NCBI GenBank assembly: GCA_024684535.1
Contig: JAIKWQ010000052.1
Span: 1-56,566 of the forward strand
Length of the DNA: 56,566 nt
DNA from: Eubacterium sp.
GTDB taxonomy: Bacteria; Bacillota; Clostridia; Lachnospirales; Lachnospiraceae
Direction: 5' to 3'
Shown here: positions 26,970 to 37,587 of the stretch, one piece after another
How the letters are laid out: the number at the start of each line of letters is the position of its first letter
Numbering within the stretch: the first letter of the stretch is position 1
Notes under the pieces: model-generated
What the model was told of the DNA's origin: nothing
The model's database searches: none
Seen by the model: the letters and a program-made list of their open reading frames with translations, nothing else
Program-made: the position numbers and the translations under genes

Positions 26970-29900
26970 CTAATTGATCGCCATGATGCTCGGCGAAATC
27001 TCCTCCAAAACATCCAAAAGAATTCTGACTGTATCAAGTGATGTAAACATCGTAACTCCGTTTGATACGGCGCACTGCCTGATAGCAACGCCGTCCTCGT
27101 AATGCACGCCCGAAAGTATCGCTCTGGTGTTTATGATGTAGCTTACATAACCGGCGCGTATCGAGCGCAGAATCTCATCCGAACCCTCAGAGAGCTTTCC
27201 TCTCATTCTGGTTCTGATGCCATGTTCTTTCAAATATATCGCGGTACCCGGAGTCGCTTCTATATTGAATCCGAGCTGATAGAACCTTCTGACCAAAGGA
27301 AGCGCTTCCTCTTTGTCCTCATCTGCCAGAGTAACCACGACTGTTCCGTATTCTTTCATCTTTATGCCGGATGCCTGAAGCGCTTTGTAGAACGCTCTGT
27401 TGAGCTTTTTGTCGTATCCTATAGCCTCACCGGTAGACTTCATCTCAGGCGAGAGATACGCATCCATACCGTTTAATTTTTCAAAAGAAAATGCCGGCGC
27501 TTTCACGAAGAACATATCTTTACCCGCAGGCGTCAGATCAGTGATTCCCTGATCTTTCAAGCTCTGTCCGAGCATAACTTTTGTCGCTATATCGACCAGC
27601 GGAAAACCTGATGATTTAGATAAAAATGGCACGCTCCTTGAAGCTCTTGGGTTTACTTCTATGATGTAAACACTGTCATCTTTGTCAACTATAAACTGGA
27701 TATTGAAAAGACCCTTTATGCCTACTCCCAATCCTATTTTTGTTGTATATTCCGTTATGGTCTGTTTGACTTTTTCGGAAATACTGTACGGCGGATAAAC
27801 ACTTGTCGAGTCTCCCGAATGGACTCCGGTTCTCTCAACAAGTTCCATAATACCCGGCAAAAATACTTCCTCACCGTCGCAAACAGCGTCAATCTCCACT
27901 TCTTTTCCGACTATGTATCTGTCTACTAAAACCGGTCGACAGGATGTCGAATTGGATTCTGACGAGCCGTCTTGTCCAGACACGGATGTCTGGACTGCGA
28001 AGTCAGATTCCTTATTGTCAACGTCGACTTCAACCGCATTTTTCAGATAGTGCCTGAGCATCTCCTCGTTTGCGACAATCTCCATCGCGCGTCCGCCAAG
28101 CACGAAACTCGGTCTGACAAGTACGGGGTAGCCTATGCGCGCGGCAGCTTCAACACCACTTTCTATATCTGTCACTGCTTCTCCTGTCGGATGCGGTATC
28201 TGAAGACTCACTATAACCTCTTCAAACTTGTCACGGTCCTCAGCCTTGTCTATAGCCTCACTGTCGGTTCCGATGATGCGAACCCCTCTTTTTGTCAGAG
28301 GTTCTGCAAGGTTTACTGCTGTCTGCCCTCCGAGAGACGCTATAACTCCTATCGGTTTTTCAAGCTCTATGATATTCATCAGGTCTTCGACTGTCAGAGG
28401 CTCAAAGTAAAGTTTATCGGCTGTAGTATAGTCGGTTGAAACAGTCTCGGGGTTATTGTTTACTACTATCGCTTCATAGCCCATCTCGTGAATTGTTTTT
28501 ATCGCGTGGACAGTCGAGTAATCAAACTCAACACCCTGACCGATACGTATCGGTCCCGAACCGAGAACTATAACCTTTTCTTTTTCTGTTACTATTGACT
28601 CATTTTCATCCTCATATGTTGAATAAAAATAAGGTACATAACTGTCAAACTCACTTGCGCAAGTATCTATCATTTTATATACCGGATAGATGTTATATTG
28701 CTTTCTGAGCTCCCAAACTTCATCCTCGCTCACGCCTGTAAGTTCGGCTATATACGAATCTGAGAAGCCCATTCTCTTCACATCATACAGAAGCTCTTTT
28801 GTTATGTTTTGTCCTTCTATTTTTTTCTCAAAATCAACTATATTTTTTATCTTGTCAAGGAAGAACATATCGATCATAGTTTCCCTGAAAATAACCGACT
28901 TATCAACACCTATCCACATAAGCTGAGCTATAGCATACAGTCTGTCATCTGTTCCTTCTTTTATGTAATCAATCAGCTCTTCCGTGGTCATATTTTTCGT
29001 GTCGAATTTCTCGAGATGAATATGATTTTTTCCATCCTCGAGTGATCTGATAGCTTTGAGCAGACTCTCTTCCATCGTTCTTCCGACACTCATTACTTCT
29101 CCGGTTGCTTTCATCTGTGTCGACAGAGTATTTGACGCGGTTGTAAATTTATCGAATGGGAAGCGGGGCATTTTTGTAACGACATAATCAAGCGTCGGTT
29201 CAAAGCAGGCCGGCGTGTTCGCAAGCTGTATCTCATCGAGAGTCATACCTACGGATATTTTTGCGGAAACGCGCGCTATCGGGTATCCGCTCGCCTTTGA
29301 TGCAAGTGCTGATGATCTCGACACTCTCGGGTTTACCTCTATCACGTAATACTGGAATGACAGAGGATCAAGCGCGAACTGGCAGTTACATCCTCCCTCA
29401 ACTCCGAGCGCGCGGATTATTTTTAATGCGCTGTCACGAAGCATATGATACTCTGTGTTTGTGAGCGTCTGACTCGGCGCAACAACTATGGAGTCTCCGG
29501 TGTGGATTCCCACAGGGTCCAGGTTTTCCATGTTACAAACCACGATAGCGGTATCGTTTGCATCGCGCATTACTTCGTATTCTATTTCTTTGTAGCCGCG
29601 GATGCTCTTCTCAACAAGCACCTGATGCACCGGTGAACACTCCAGCGCATGCTCGATTTTTACTTTTAATTCTTCCTCAGAGTATGCAAAACCTCCGCCT
29701 GTTCCGCCAAGTGTGAATGCGGGGCGAAGGATAACAGGATATCCTATTTCTTTTGCAGCTTCTATTCCCTCCTCTACGGAATAAGTAATTTTTGAAGGTA
29801 TAACCGGTTCACCTATTTTTTCACAAAGTTCTTTGAAAAGCTCCCTGTCTTCGGCGAGCCTGATACTTTCTTTATCAGTTCCCAAAAGCTCTATCTCACA

Positions 29901-30230
29901 CTCATCGAGAACCCCTTTGTCACTTAACTGTAAAGCCAGATTAAGACCGGTCTGTCCTCCGATACCCGGGACAATTGCATCCGGTCTTTCATACCTGCAT
30001 ATTCTCGCCATAAATTCCAAAGTCAGCGGCTCCATATATACCTTATCCGCTATGGAAGTATCCGTCATGATAGTAGCCGGATTTGAATTGGCAAGTATGA
30101 CCTCATAGCCTTCTTCTTTGAGCGCCAAACACGCCTGCGTACCGGCATAATCAAACTCTGCCGCCTGGCCTATGACAATAGGTCCTGAACCAATAACAAG
30201 TACTTTTTTTATGTCCGTTCTTTTTGACAT
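26970..30230 (-). CDS. carB: carbamoyl-phosphate synthase large subunit
   Basis: [20 protein letters not shown], two ATP-grasp domains (EVNPR twice) and an MGS domain. Confidence 0.96.
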   Translation of the reverse strand: MSKRTDIKKVLVIGSGPIVIGQAAEFDYAGTQACLALKEEGYEVILANSNPATIMTDTSIADKVYMEPLTLEFMARICRYERPDAIVPGIGGQTGLNLALQLSDKGVLDECEIELLGTDKESIRLAEDRELFKELCEKIGEPVIPSKITYSVEEGIEAAKEIGYPVILRPAFTLGGTGGGFAYSEEELKVKIEHALECSPVHQVLVEKSIRGYKEIEYEVMRDANDTAIVVCNMENLDPVGIHTGDSIVVAPSQTLTNTEYHMLRDSALKIIRALGVEGGCNCQFALDPLSFQYYVIEVNPRVSRSSALASKASGYPIARVSAKISVGMTLDEIQLANTPACFEPTLDYVVTKMPRFPFDKFTTASNTLSTQMKATGEVMSVGRTMEESLLKAIRSLEDGKNHIHLEKFDTKNMTTEELIDYIKEGTDDRLYAIAQLMWIGVDKSVIFRETMIDMFFLDKIKNIVDFEKKIEGQNITKELLYDVKRMGFSDSYIAELTGVSEDEVWELRKQYNIYPVYKMIDTCASEFDSYVPYFYSTYEDENESIVTEKEKVIVLGSGPIRIGQGVEFDYSTVHAIKTIHEMGYEAIVVNNNPETVSTDYTTADKLYFEPLTVEDLMNIIELEKPIGVIASLGGQTAVNLAEPLTKRGVRIIGTDSEAIDKAEDRDKFEEVIVSLQIPHPTGEAVTDIESGVEAAARIGYPVLVRPSFVLGGRAMEIVANEEMLRHYLKNAVEVDVDNKESDFAVQTSVSGQDGSSESNSTSCRPVLVDRYIVGKEVEIDAVCDGEEVFLPGIMELVERTGVHSGDSTSVYPPYSISEKVKQTITEYTTKIGLGVGIKGLFNIQFIVDKDDSVYIIEVNPRASRSVPFLSKSSGFPLVDIATKVMLGQSLKDQGITDLTPAGKDMFFVKAPAFSFEKLNGMDAYLSPEMKSTGEAIGYDKKLNRAFYKALQASGIKMKEYGTVVVTLADEDKEEALPLVRRFYQLGFNIEATPGTAIYLKEHGIRTRMRGKLSEGSDEILRSIRAGYVSYIINTRAILSGVHYEDGVAIRQCAVSNGVTMFTSLDTVRILLDVLEEISPSIMAIN
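27936..28011. repeat. palindromic REP/RPE-like element inserted in-frame in carB
   Basis: TCGACA-GGA-TGTCGA hairpin, then GGATTCTGAC...GTCCAGACA-CGGA-TGTCTGGAC...GTCAGATTCC; coincides with an extra peptide of about 26 aa. Confidence 0.7.
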
Positions 30231-30293
30231 TTTGCGTTATACCTCGTATTATTTTTATTTAAAAATGTATAAATAATTATCAATGAAATATAA

Positions 30294-31367
30294 TTATATT
30301 TGCTCCATATTTTTGATAAATTCTTCAAACAAATAGTAGCTGTCCTGCGGTCCCGGCGCGCTCTCCGGATGATACTGTACCGAGCATACTTTGTCTTTTT
30401 TGCTATACAGTCCCTCGACAGTATTATCCAAAAGATTGATATGCGAAACCTCAAGTCCTGTTCCGTCAAGAGTTTTTTCATCTACTGCATAACTGTGGTT
30501 TTGTGAAGTTATTTCGATTTTTCCGGTGAGATAATTTTTGACAGGATGATTGCCCCCGCGGTGACCGAATTTTAACTTGTAAGTTTTGGCACCATATGCG
30601 AGCGCGATCAGCTGATGGCCGAGACATATGCCAAAAATAGGCTTTTCGCCGATCAATTTTTTCAGAACACCAATGACCGGTTTTACATCCTCCGGGTCTC
30701 CCGGACCATTGGAAACGAATACCCCGTCGGGGTTCATCATCAGAATTTCTTCCGCGCTTGTATCATATGGAACAACTGTTACGTTGCATCCGTATTTGTT
30801 CAGGTTGCGAACGATATTCAGCTTCATTCCGCAGTCGATAGCTACGACATTGAAGCGCGGATTTGCAGTTCTGGCGTACCACCTTTTTTTGCAACTCACT
30901 CGTGATACGGCATCATGAGGGACGGGTGTCTCGTGGATTCTCTGAACACCCTCCCATGTCGTGACATCCGTATTGGTTATGATTGCACGCCTGGAACCTA
31001 TATCACGAATGCTCCTGACAAGCTTTCTGGTGTCTATCCCGCTGATTCCGGGTACACCTGCTTCTTCCAGGAGCTCCGAAAGAGTTTTTGTATATCTGAA
31101 GTTAGACGGCTGGTCATTGTAATCTCTGACGATAAATGCGCCGGGTGAGACCAGTTTGCTTTCGTAATCCTCGTCGGTGATGCCGTAGTTTCCGATAAGC
31201 GGATAGCTCATCACTATAGCCTGATCAGTGTACGAGGGGTCGGATACAATCTCCTGATAACCTGCCATAGAAGTGTTGAAGACGATTTCGCAGACAGCGT
31301 CGGTTGTAGCGCCGAAACCGTCTCCTATGTATTCACTGCCGTCCTCAAGGATTAGTTTTCGTTTCAT
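30294..31367 (-). CDS. carA: carbamoyl-phosphate synthase small subunit
   Basis: FNTSMAGYQE, SNGPGDP, GICLGHQ and QYHPE. ATG 31367 follows AGGAG. Confidence 0.95.
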   Translation of the reverse strand: MKRKLILEDGSEYIGDGFGATTDAVCEIVFNTSMAGYQEIVSDPSYTDQAIVMSYPLIGNYGITDEDYESKLVSPGAFIVRDYNDQPSNFRYTKTLSELLEEAGVPGISGIDTRKLVRSIRDIGSRRAIITNTDVTTWEGVQRIHETPVPHDAVSRVSCKKRWYARTANPRFNVVAIDCGMKLNIVRNLNKYGCNVTVVPYDTSAEEILMMNPDGVFVSNGPGDPEDVKPVIGVLKKLIGEKPIFGICLGHQLIALAYGAKTYKLKFGHRGGNHPVKNYLTGKIEITSQNHSYAVDEKTLDGTGLEVSHINLLDNTVEGLYSKKDKVCSVQYHPESAPGPQDSYYLFEEFIKNMEQI

Positions 31368-31401
31368 TAGGTTTGCTCTCCTAAACAAATTGATTTGTTA
31401 T

Positions 31402-31429
31402 ATTATAGCACAAGTATCACCAATTGCAA
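31402..31429 (-). promoter_or_regulatory. internal promoter upstream of carA
   Basis: TTGCAA, 16 bp, TG-c-TATAAT on the minus strand. Confidence 0.6.
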
Positions 31430-31439
31430 TGAAAACTTA

Positions 31440-32912
31440 TCAAAGTGGGGTATAACCCATCAGATATTTGTCGACAGCAGCGGCGCCGGCCTTGCCTTCG
31501 GCGATTGCCCACACAACGAGTGACTGGCCTCGACGCATATCTCCTGCGGCAAATACTCCCTCTACTTCCGTACGGTATATATCATCTTCAAGAGTAGCTA
31601 CTGTATTTCTTGGTCCAAGCGGAGTTTTCATTGCTTTCGGAAGATAATCCTGAGCTCCCGTGAATCCTGCTGCTATCAAAAGCAGGTCGCAGGGGATCTC
31701 TTTTTCAGATCCTTTTACCTTCGTCAGTTTTCCGTCTTTGAACTTAACCTGAACGGTTTTGATCTTTTTGATATTGCCATGTGCATCCGGTACAACTTCA
31801 CTGACAGTTGTCTCAAATACTCGTGGATCTTCGCCGTACACAGCCTTTGCCTCCACATGACCATAGTCAGTGCGAAGTGTTTTCGGCCACTGCGGCCAAG
31901 GGTTATTTGCAGGTCTCTCAACCGGCGGCTTCGGCATCATCTCAAGCGCGGTTACCGATTTGGCTCCGAGACGGATTGCGGTTCCGATACAGTCATTTCC
32001 TGTATCACCGCCACCGACTACGACAACATTTTTGTCACGTACCTGCATGGTAAGTTTCTGTCCGACCCCACCTGATACAACCTGTTTTGTAACTTCAGTG
32101 AGAAAATCCACTGCAAATCTGACGCCCTGTACATCATCGATTCCTTTTGCATCGAGCGCTCTCGGTTGTTTTGCTCCGCAGCACATAACTACCGCGTCAA
32201 ATTCTTTTTTTATTTCTTTTACGTCTACATCTTTTCCGACATCACAGTTTGTTTTGAATACGACGCCTTCTTCTTCCATCAGCTTCTGACGTCTGTCGAT
32301 AACCTTTTTGTCGAGCTTCATGTTCGGAATTCCATACATCAGAAGTCCACCGATATGATCATCTCTTTCAAATACAACTACGGAGTGTCCTCTTTTGTTC
32401 AGTGTATCTGCAACTGCAAGTCCCGAAGGACCGCTTCCTATAACAGCAATCTTTTTGCCGCTTCTGTGCGCAGGAATTCTCGGTTTGATTGTTCCTTCTT
32501 TGAAAGCTGTCTCGATGACATATAACTCATTGTCGTGAACAGTTACCGGAAGTCCGTCGCAACCATTTATACAAGCTTTTTCACACAGTGCAGGACACAC
32601 TCTTCCGGTAAACTCCGGAAAAGGATTTGTTTTGATAAGTCTCGTAAATGCATGCGCATCCTGACAGTTGTATATAGCATCATTCCACTCAGGAATCAGG
32701 TTGTGAAGAGGACATCCCACAACCATTCCGTTCAGCGCCATAGCCGACTGACAAAACGGCACACCACAGTCCATACATCTGGCTGCCTGACATCTTCTTT
32801 CTGATACATCAGCACAGGTATGAAACTCATCAAAGTTTTTGATTCTTTCAAGAGGATCCACTTCGGGATTCTCTTGTCTGTCATATTCTAAAAATCCACC
32901 TATTTTTCCCAT
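31440..32912 (-). CDS. gltD: glutamate synthase small subunit
   Basis: [35 protein letters not shown] and [14 protein letters not shown]. Confidence 0.95.
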   Translation of the reverse strand: MGKIGGFLEYDRQENPEVDPLERIKNFDEFHTCADVSERRCQAARCMDCGVPFCQSAMALNGMVVGCPLHNLIPEWNDAIYNCQDAHAFTRLIKTNPFPEFTGRVCPALCEKACINGCDGLPVTVHDNELYVIETAFKEGTIKPRIPAHRSGKKIAVIGSGPSGLAVADTLNKRGHSVVVFERDDHIGGLLMYGIPNMKLDKKVIDRRQKLMEEEGVVFKTNCDVGKDVDVKEIKKEFDAVVMCCGAKQPRALDAKGIDDVQGVRFAVDFLTEVTKQVVSGGVGQKLTMQVRDKNVVVVGGGDTGNDCIGTAIRLGAKSVTALEMMPKPPVERPANNPWPQWPKTLRTDYGHVEAKAVYGEDPRVFETTVSEVVPDAHGNIKKIKTVQVKFKDGKLTKVKGSEKEIPCDLLLIAAGFTGAQDYLPKAMKTPLGPRNTVATLEDDIYRTEVEGVFAAGDMRRGQSLVVWAIAEGKAGAAAVDKYLMGYTPL

Positions 32913-32926
32913 TTTATTCACCTCAT

Positions 32927-35900
32927 TTACATACTGACTTCTTTGAATGCTTCATAAACTGCGCTCTCAGGATCTACTCCCTGCTCTTCATAATGACTTA
33001 TAGCAGTGAGCATTTTCTGATAATCATTAGGTACTATTTTTTTGAAATCCGGTAAATATTCATCAAAATTATCAAGAACTTTTTTGCCGAATTCCGAACC
33101 GGTTTCTGCCACATAGTCCTCAAGTATAGTGCGAAGTTCTATGATGTCATATTTTTCAGTAACCTCTGTAAGTGAAGCCATATCCTTGTTCATTCTCAGA
33201 TACAATGTATGGTCGGTATCAAGTACATAAGCGATTCCGCCACTCATACCTGCTGCAAAGTTTTTTCCTGTCATACCGAGTATCACCGCTCTTCCTCCGG
33301 TCATATACTCGAGTCCATGATCTCCACAGCCTTCTGCAACTGCAGTCGCTCCTGAGTTTCTGACGCAGAATCTCTCGCCTGCAACACCGCATACATATGC
33401 TTTTCCTGATGAAGCACCATAGAGCGCCACGTTACCAATGATGATATTTTTGTGTGTCTCGTATGTCGCTTCCTCAGGCGGTGTAACGATAAGCTTTCCG
33501 CCTGACAGACCCTTGCCGAAGCCGTCATTGGCATCACCTGTGAGCTTGAGCGTAAGTCCTTTCGGTATAAATGCTCCGAATGACTGCCCGCCACCGCCAT
33601 GCGCGTGAACCGTAACAGTATCTTCTTCAAGTTCACCACCATGCTCTGCTGTGATAAGGCTTCCCAAAAGAGTACCGAAACTTCTGTCCGTACTTGATAT
33701 ATTCACATCGATATCTATATGTTTTTTCTTGCCGAGTTTTTCGTAGGCAGGTATAAGCACCTTTGAATCAGGTGTTTTCTCAAGCTGAAAATCATACGCA
33801 TCTTCAGGCTTGAACACAACGTGAGTATCGGCAACCGAATCGGTGTTGAGTATCCTTGACAGATCAGTAAGCGCTGCTCTGTCTTTTCTTCCCTCAAGAC
33901 GTGTTTCAAGTCTGTCGGTACGTCCGACCATTTCGTCTACCGTTCTGAATCCCATCTCGCTCATTATTTCACGAAGCTGTCTTGCAACAAAGTGCATGAA
34001 ATTCATCACGTGCTCAGGCTTGCCGGCAAATCTTTTTCTGAGTTCTTCGTTCTGAGTTGCGATACCCATAGGACAGGTGTCCTTAGAGCAGACGCGCATC
34101 ATCATACAACCCATAGTTACAAGCGGAGCTGTCGCAAATCCGAATTCCTCAGCGCCGAGAAGCGCCGCGATAGCCACATCACGTCCGGTCATAAGCTTTC
34201 CGTCGGTCTCCAGAACAACTCTGCTTCTGAGTCCGTTCTCTATCAGGCATCTGTGTGCCTCGCTGACTCCAAGCTCCCAAGGAAGTCCTGCGTGATGAAC
34301 CGATGATGACGGTGCAGCACCCGTACCTCCGTCGTAACCTGAGATGAGTATAACCTGCGCCCCGGCCTTTGCAACACCGGAAGCTATGGTTCCGACTCCT
34401 GCTTCAGACACAAGCTTAACCGATATACGAGCATCTTTGTTGGCATTTTTCAAATCATATATAAGCTGCGCCAAATCCTCTATAGAATAGATGTCGTGGT
34501 GCGGCGGCGGAGATATAAGTGAAACTCCCGGAGTTGAAAATCTGGTTTTGGCAACCCAAGGATAAACCTTTTTGCCCGGCAGATGTCCACCCTCTCCGGG
34601 TTTCGCACCCTGTGCCATCTTGATTTGGATTTCTTTTGCGCTTTTCAAATACTGTCCGGTCACGCCGAATCGTCCCGACGCAACTTGTTTAAAAGCACTG
34701 TTTTTCTCTGTTCCGAAGCGGGCCGTATCCTCACCACCCTCTCCGGTGTTTGACTTACCGCCGAGACGGTTCATCGCTATCGCAAGTGTCTCGTGAGCCT
34801 CCTTCGACAGAGAGCCGTACGACATAGCTCCCGTCTGGAAACGCTTGACTATTTCATCCTCACTCTCAACCTCGTCAAGCGGAACTTTTTTCTTTCCGGG
34901 CTTGAAACTCAACAATGCACGAAGTGTATGCGGACGGTTTTCATCATCAACCATCTGAGCATACTCTTTGAAAAGATCATAATCATCCTCTCTGACCGCT
35001 CTTTGCAGAGTAACAATAGTCTTCGGAGTATACATATGATCTTCCTTGTCCTCACCACTGCGAAGATTGTGGAATCCGAAGGAATCAGGAGTAGTATCCG
35101 TAGGCAAACCGAGCGGATCGAAAGCATTGTTGTGTCTGATTTCGATATCCTCTCCGATCTCTTTTATTCCGATTCCACCGGCACGACTTACCGTTCCGGT
35201 GAAGTATACATCAATCAGTTCCTTCGACAAACCAATAGCTTCAAAAATACGCGCACTCTGATAAGACTGCAAAGTCGAAATACCCATCTTTGCAGCTATT
35301 TTTACAACACCGTTTAACAGCGCCTGGTTATAGTCAGCTATAGCGGTATGGTAGTCTTTGTCAAGCATTCCGTTGTCAATCATCTCGGCGATGCACTCGT
35401 GCGCAAGATACGGAAAAATAGCACGAACGCCGTAGCCGAGCAAGCAGGCAATCTGATGCACATCTCTCGGTTCACCACTTTCAATAATGAGTGAAACCGC
35501 GGTTCTTTTTTTCGTGCGAACCAGATGCTGCTCAACAGATGACACTGCAAGGAGCGACGGGATAGGCATATGATTCTCATCCACTCCCCTGTCTGTCAGC
35601 GTGATGATATCAGCTCCGTCTGCGATTGCTCTGTCAACCGAGATATTTAACTGGTCAAGCGCTAGCTCGACCGGAGTATTTTTGTAGTACAAAAGAGAAA
35701 TCTTAGCTGTGCGGAATCCCTCCTGATCAAGCGCTTCTATCTTCATCAGATCAACGCCGGTAAGTATCGGGTTGTCGACCTCAAGCACCTGACAGTTCTC
35801 ACTTTTTTCACACAGGAGATCACCGTCTTTTCCGATATAGACGGTTGTATCTGTAACAATTTTTTCACGAAGTGAGTCAATCGGCGGGTTGGTGACCTGC

Positions 35901-37468
35901 GCAAAAAGCTGTTTGAAGTAGCAAAACAGCGGTTGATGATGTTTACTCATCATAGCAAGCGGTACATCATTTCCCATTGAAACAGTAGGCTCAACACCGT
36001 CTTTTGCCATAGGAAGAATCTGATTTTTCACATCTTCATATGAGTATCCGAATACCTTGTACAACTTACCACGCATTTCCTGCGTATGTGTAGGTATTTT
36101 TTTGTTCGGGATAGACAGCTTGTCAAGGTGAAGCAGGTATCTGTCAAGCCACTCTCCGTAAGGCTTTGCTTTGGTATATCTTTCCTTGCATTCTTTGTCT
36201 GACAGAATCCTTCCTTCTTTGGTATCAACAACAAGCATATGTCCCGGTGAAAGTCTTGATTTTTCCGCGATGTTTTCCTCCGGGATATCAAGCACACCGA
36301 CCTCAGACGACAGGATAAGTCTGTCATCTTTGGTTACATAGTATCTCGACGGACGCAGACCGTTTCTGTCAAGCGTTGCTCCGAAAAGCTCTCCGTCTGT
36401 GAAAAGGATAGCCGCCGGTCCGTCCCAGGGCTCCATCATCGTTGCATAATAATGATAAAAATCCCTTCTTTCATTGCTCATCGCATCGTCGTGCTTCCAA
36501 GGCTCGGGAACGGTTATCATCATAGCGAGCGGCAAATCCATACCGTTCATATACAAAAATTCAAGCGTGTTGTCAAGCATAGCAGAGTCAGAGCCCGACG
36601 CTGCGATAACCGGATAAACTCTCTCGAATTCCGGCTTTTTCGACATCGTCTCTTCTCTGGCAAGCATACGATCCGAGTTACCTCGTATGGTATTTATCTC
36701 TCCGTTGTGAGCGATCATTCTGTACGGATGAGCTCTCTGCCACGACGGAGTAGTGTTGGTGGAGAAACGGCTGTGAACCAGCGCGATTGCTGTTTCGTAG
36801 TCCGGTGAAAGCAGATCATCATAGAACTTTCTGAGCTGTCCCACCAAAAACATCCCCTTGTACACGATTGTACGAGAGGAAAGAGAACAAATATATGTAT
36901 CTTCCGAACTCTGTTCGTATTCTCTTCTGAGACAGAAGAGTCTCCGTTCGAATTCTATTCCTTTTTTTACATTCTCAGGTCTTTCGATGAAACACTGGCT
37001 GATATACGGCATACAGGCCACCGCAGTTTCTCCGAGAATCTCAGGGTGGATACCCACTTCACGCCAACCGAGGAATTTCAGTCCCGATTTTTCAGTGATT
37101 ACTTCAAGCATTCGCTTTGCAAACATCTGCTTCATCGGGTCAGCCGGGAAGAAAAACATACCCACACCGTAGTCGCCGGCGTCACCTATTTTAATTCCTG
37201 CTTTTTTTGCTTCTTTTTTGAAAAATTTATGCGAAATCTGTGTCAGGATTCCGACACCGTCACCGACTTTTCCCGAAGCATCTTTTCCTGCGCGATGCTC
37301 GAGTTTTTCAACTATAGAGAGCGCATCATCAAGGACCTTGTTATCAGGTTTTCCGTTGATGTTTACTACGGCGCCGATACCGCAGGCGTCGTGTTCGCGC
37401 ATCCAGAGATTATCACCTAAATTATCGCTGTTATTATCGTTATTATTCACTTTGACCACCTTTTTCAC
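32927..37468 (-). CDS. gltB: glutamate synthase large subunit
   Basis: EHDACG Ntn Cys, HSRFSTNT, IKMAQGAKPGEGG and the GXGXG domain. GTG 37450 (after AAGGTGG) is an alternative start. Confidence 0.96.
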   Translation of the reverse strand: MKKVVKVNNNDNNSDNLGDNLWMREHDACGIGAVVNINGKPDNKVLDDALSIVEKLEHRAGKDASGKVGDGVGILTQISHKFFKKEAKKAGIKIGDAGDYGVGMFFFPADPMKQMFAKRMLEVITEKSGLKFLGWREVGIHPEILGETAVACMPYISQCFIERPENVKKGIEFERRLFCLRREYEQSSEDTYICSLSSRTIVYKGMFLVGQLRKFYDDLLSPDYETAIALVHSRFSTNTTPSWQRAHPYRMIAHNGEINTIRGNSDRMLAREETMSKKPEFERVYPVIAASGSDSAMLDNTLEFLYMNGMDLPLAMMITVPEPWKHDDAMSNERRDFYHYYATMMEPWDGPAAILFTDGELFGATLDRNGLRPSRYYVTKDDRLILSSEVGVLDIPEENIAEKSRLSPGHMLVVDTKEGRILSDKECKERYTKAKPYGEWLDRYLLHLDKLSIPNKKIPTHTQEMRGKLYKVFGYSYEDVKNQILPMAKDGVEPTVSMGNDVPLAMMSKHHQPLFCYFKQLFAQVTNPPIDSLREKIVTDTTVYIGKDGDLLCEKSENCQVLEVDNPILTGVDLMKIEALDQEGFRTAKISLLYYKNTPVELALDQLNISVDRAIADGADIITLTDRGVDENHMPIPSLLAVSSVEQHLVRTKKRTAVSLIIESGEPRDVHQIACLLGYGVRAIFPYLAHECIAEMIDNGMLDKDYHTAIADYNQALLNGVVKIAAKMGISTLQSYQSARIFEAIGLSKELIDVYFTGTVSRAGGIGIKEIGEDIEIRHNNAFDPLGLPTDTTPDSFGFHNLRSGEDKEDHMYTPKTIVTLQRAVREDDYDLFKEYAQMVDDENRPHTLRALLSFKPGKKKVPLDEVESEDEIVKRFQTGAMSYGSLSKEAHETLAIAMNRLGGKSNTGEGGEDTARFGTEKNSAFKQVASGRFGVTGQYLKSAKEIQIKMAQGAKPGEGGHLPGKKVYPWVAKTRFSTPGVSLISPPPHHDIYSIEDLAQLIYDLKNANKDARISVKLVSEAGVGTIASGVAKAGAQVILISGYDGGTGAAPSSSVHHAGLPWELGVSEAHRCLIENGLRSRVVLETDGKLMTGRDVAIAALLGAEEFGFATAPLVTMGCMMMRVCSKDTCPMGIATQNEELRKRFAGKPEHVMNFMHFVARQLREIMSEMGFRTVDEMVGRTDRLETRLEGRKDRAALTDLSRILNTDSVADTHVVFKPEDAYDFQLEKTPDSKVLIPAYEKLGKKKHIDIDVNISSTDRSFGTLLGSLITAEHGGELEEDTVTVHAHGGGGQSFGAFIPKGLTLKLTGDANDGFGKGLSGGKLIVTPPEEATYETHKNIIIGNVALYGASSGKAYVCGVAGERFCVRNSGATAVAEGCGDHGLEYMTGGRAVILGMTGKNFAAGMSGGIAYVLDTDHTLYLRMNKDMASLTEVTEKYDIIELRTILEDYVAETGSEFGKKVLDNFDEYLPDFKKIVPNDYQKMLTAISHYEEQGVDPESAVYEAFKEVSM

Positions 37469-37501
37469 TGTTTGATTTTTTTGTAACTAACTCTGATTTC
37501 G

Positions 37502-37537
37502 GGGCGACTGTTTTTATCCTTAAAAAACAGTCAGCCC
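37502..37537 (-). other. intergenic stem-loop between the GSIII gene and gltB
   Basis: gggc-gactgttttt...aaaaacagtc-a-gccc; no U-tract follows on the coding strand. Confidence 0.55.
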
Positions 37538-37587
37538 TAAAACCACACTACTTACTAGAGAGAAATACTATAATTAATTTAAACTTG

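Noticed and set aside
37502-37537. third ANTAR hairpin before gltB
   Set aside because: The loop is 7 nt with A-T closing pairs, and there is no overlapping terminator.
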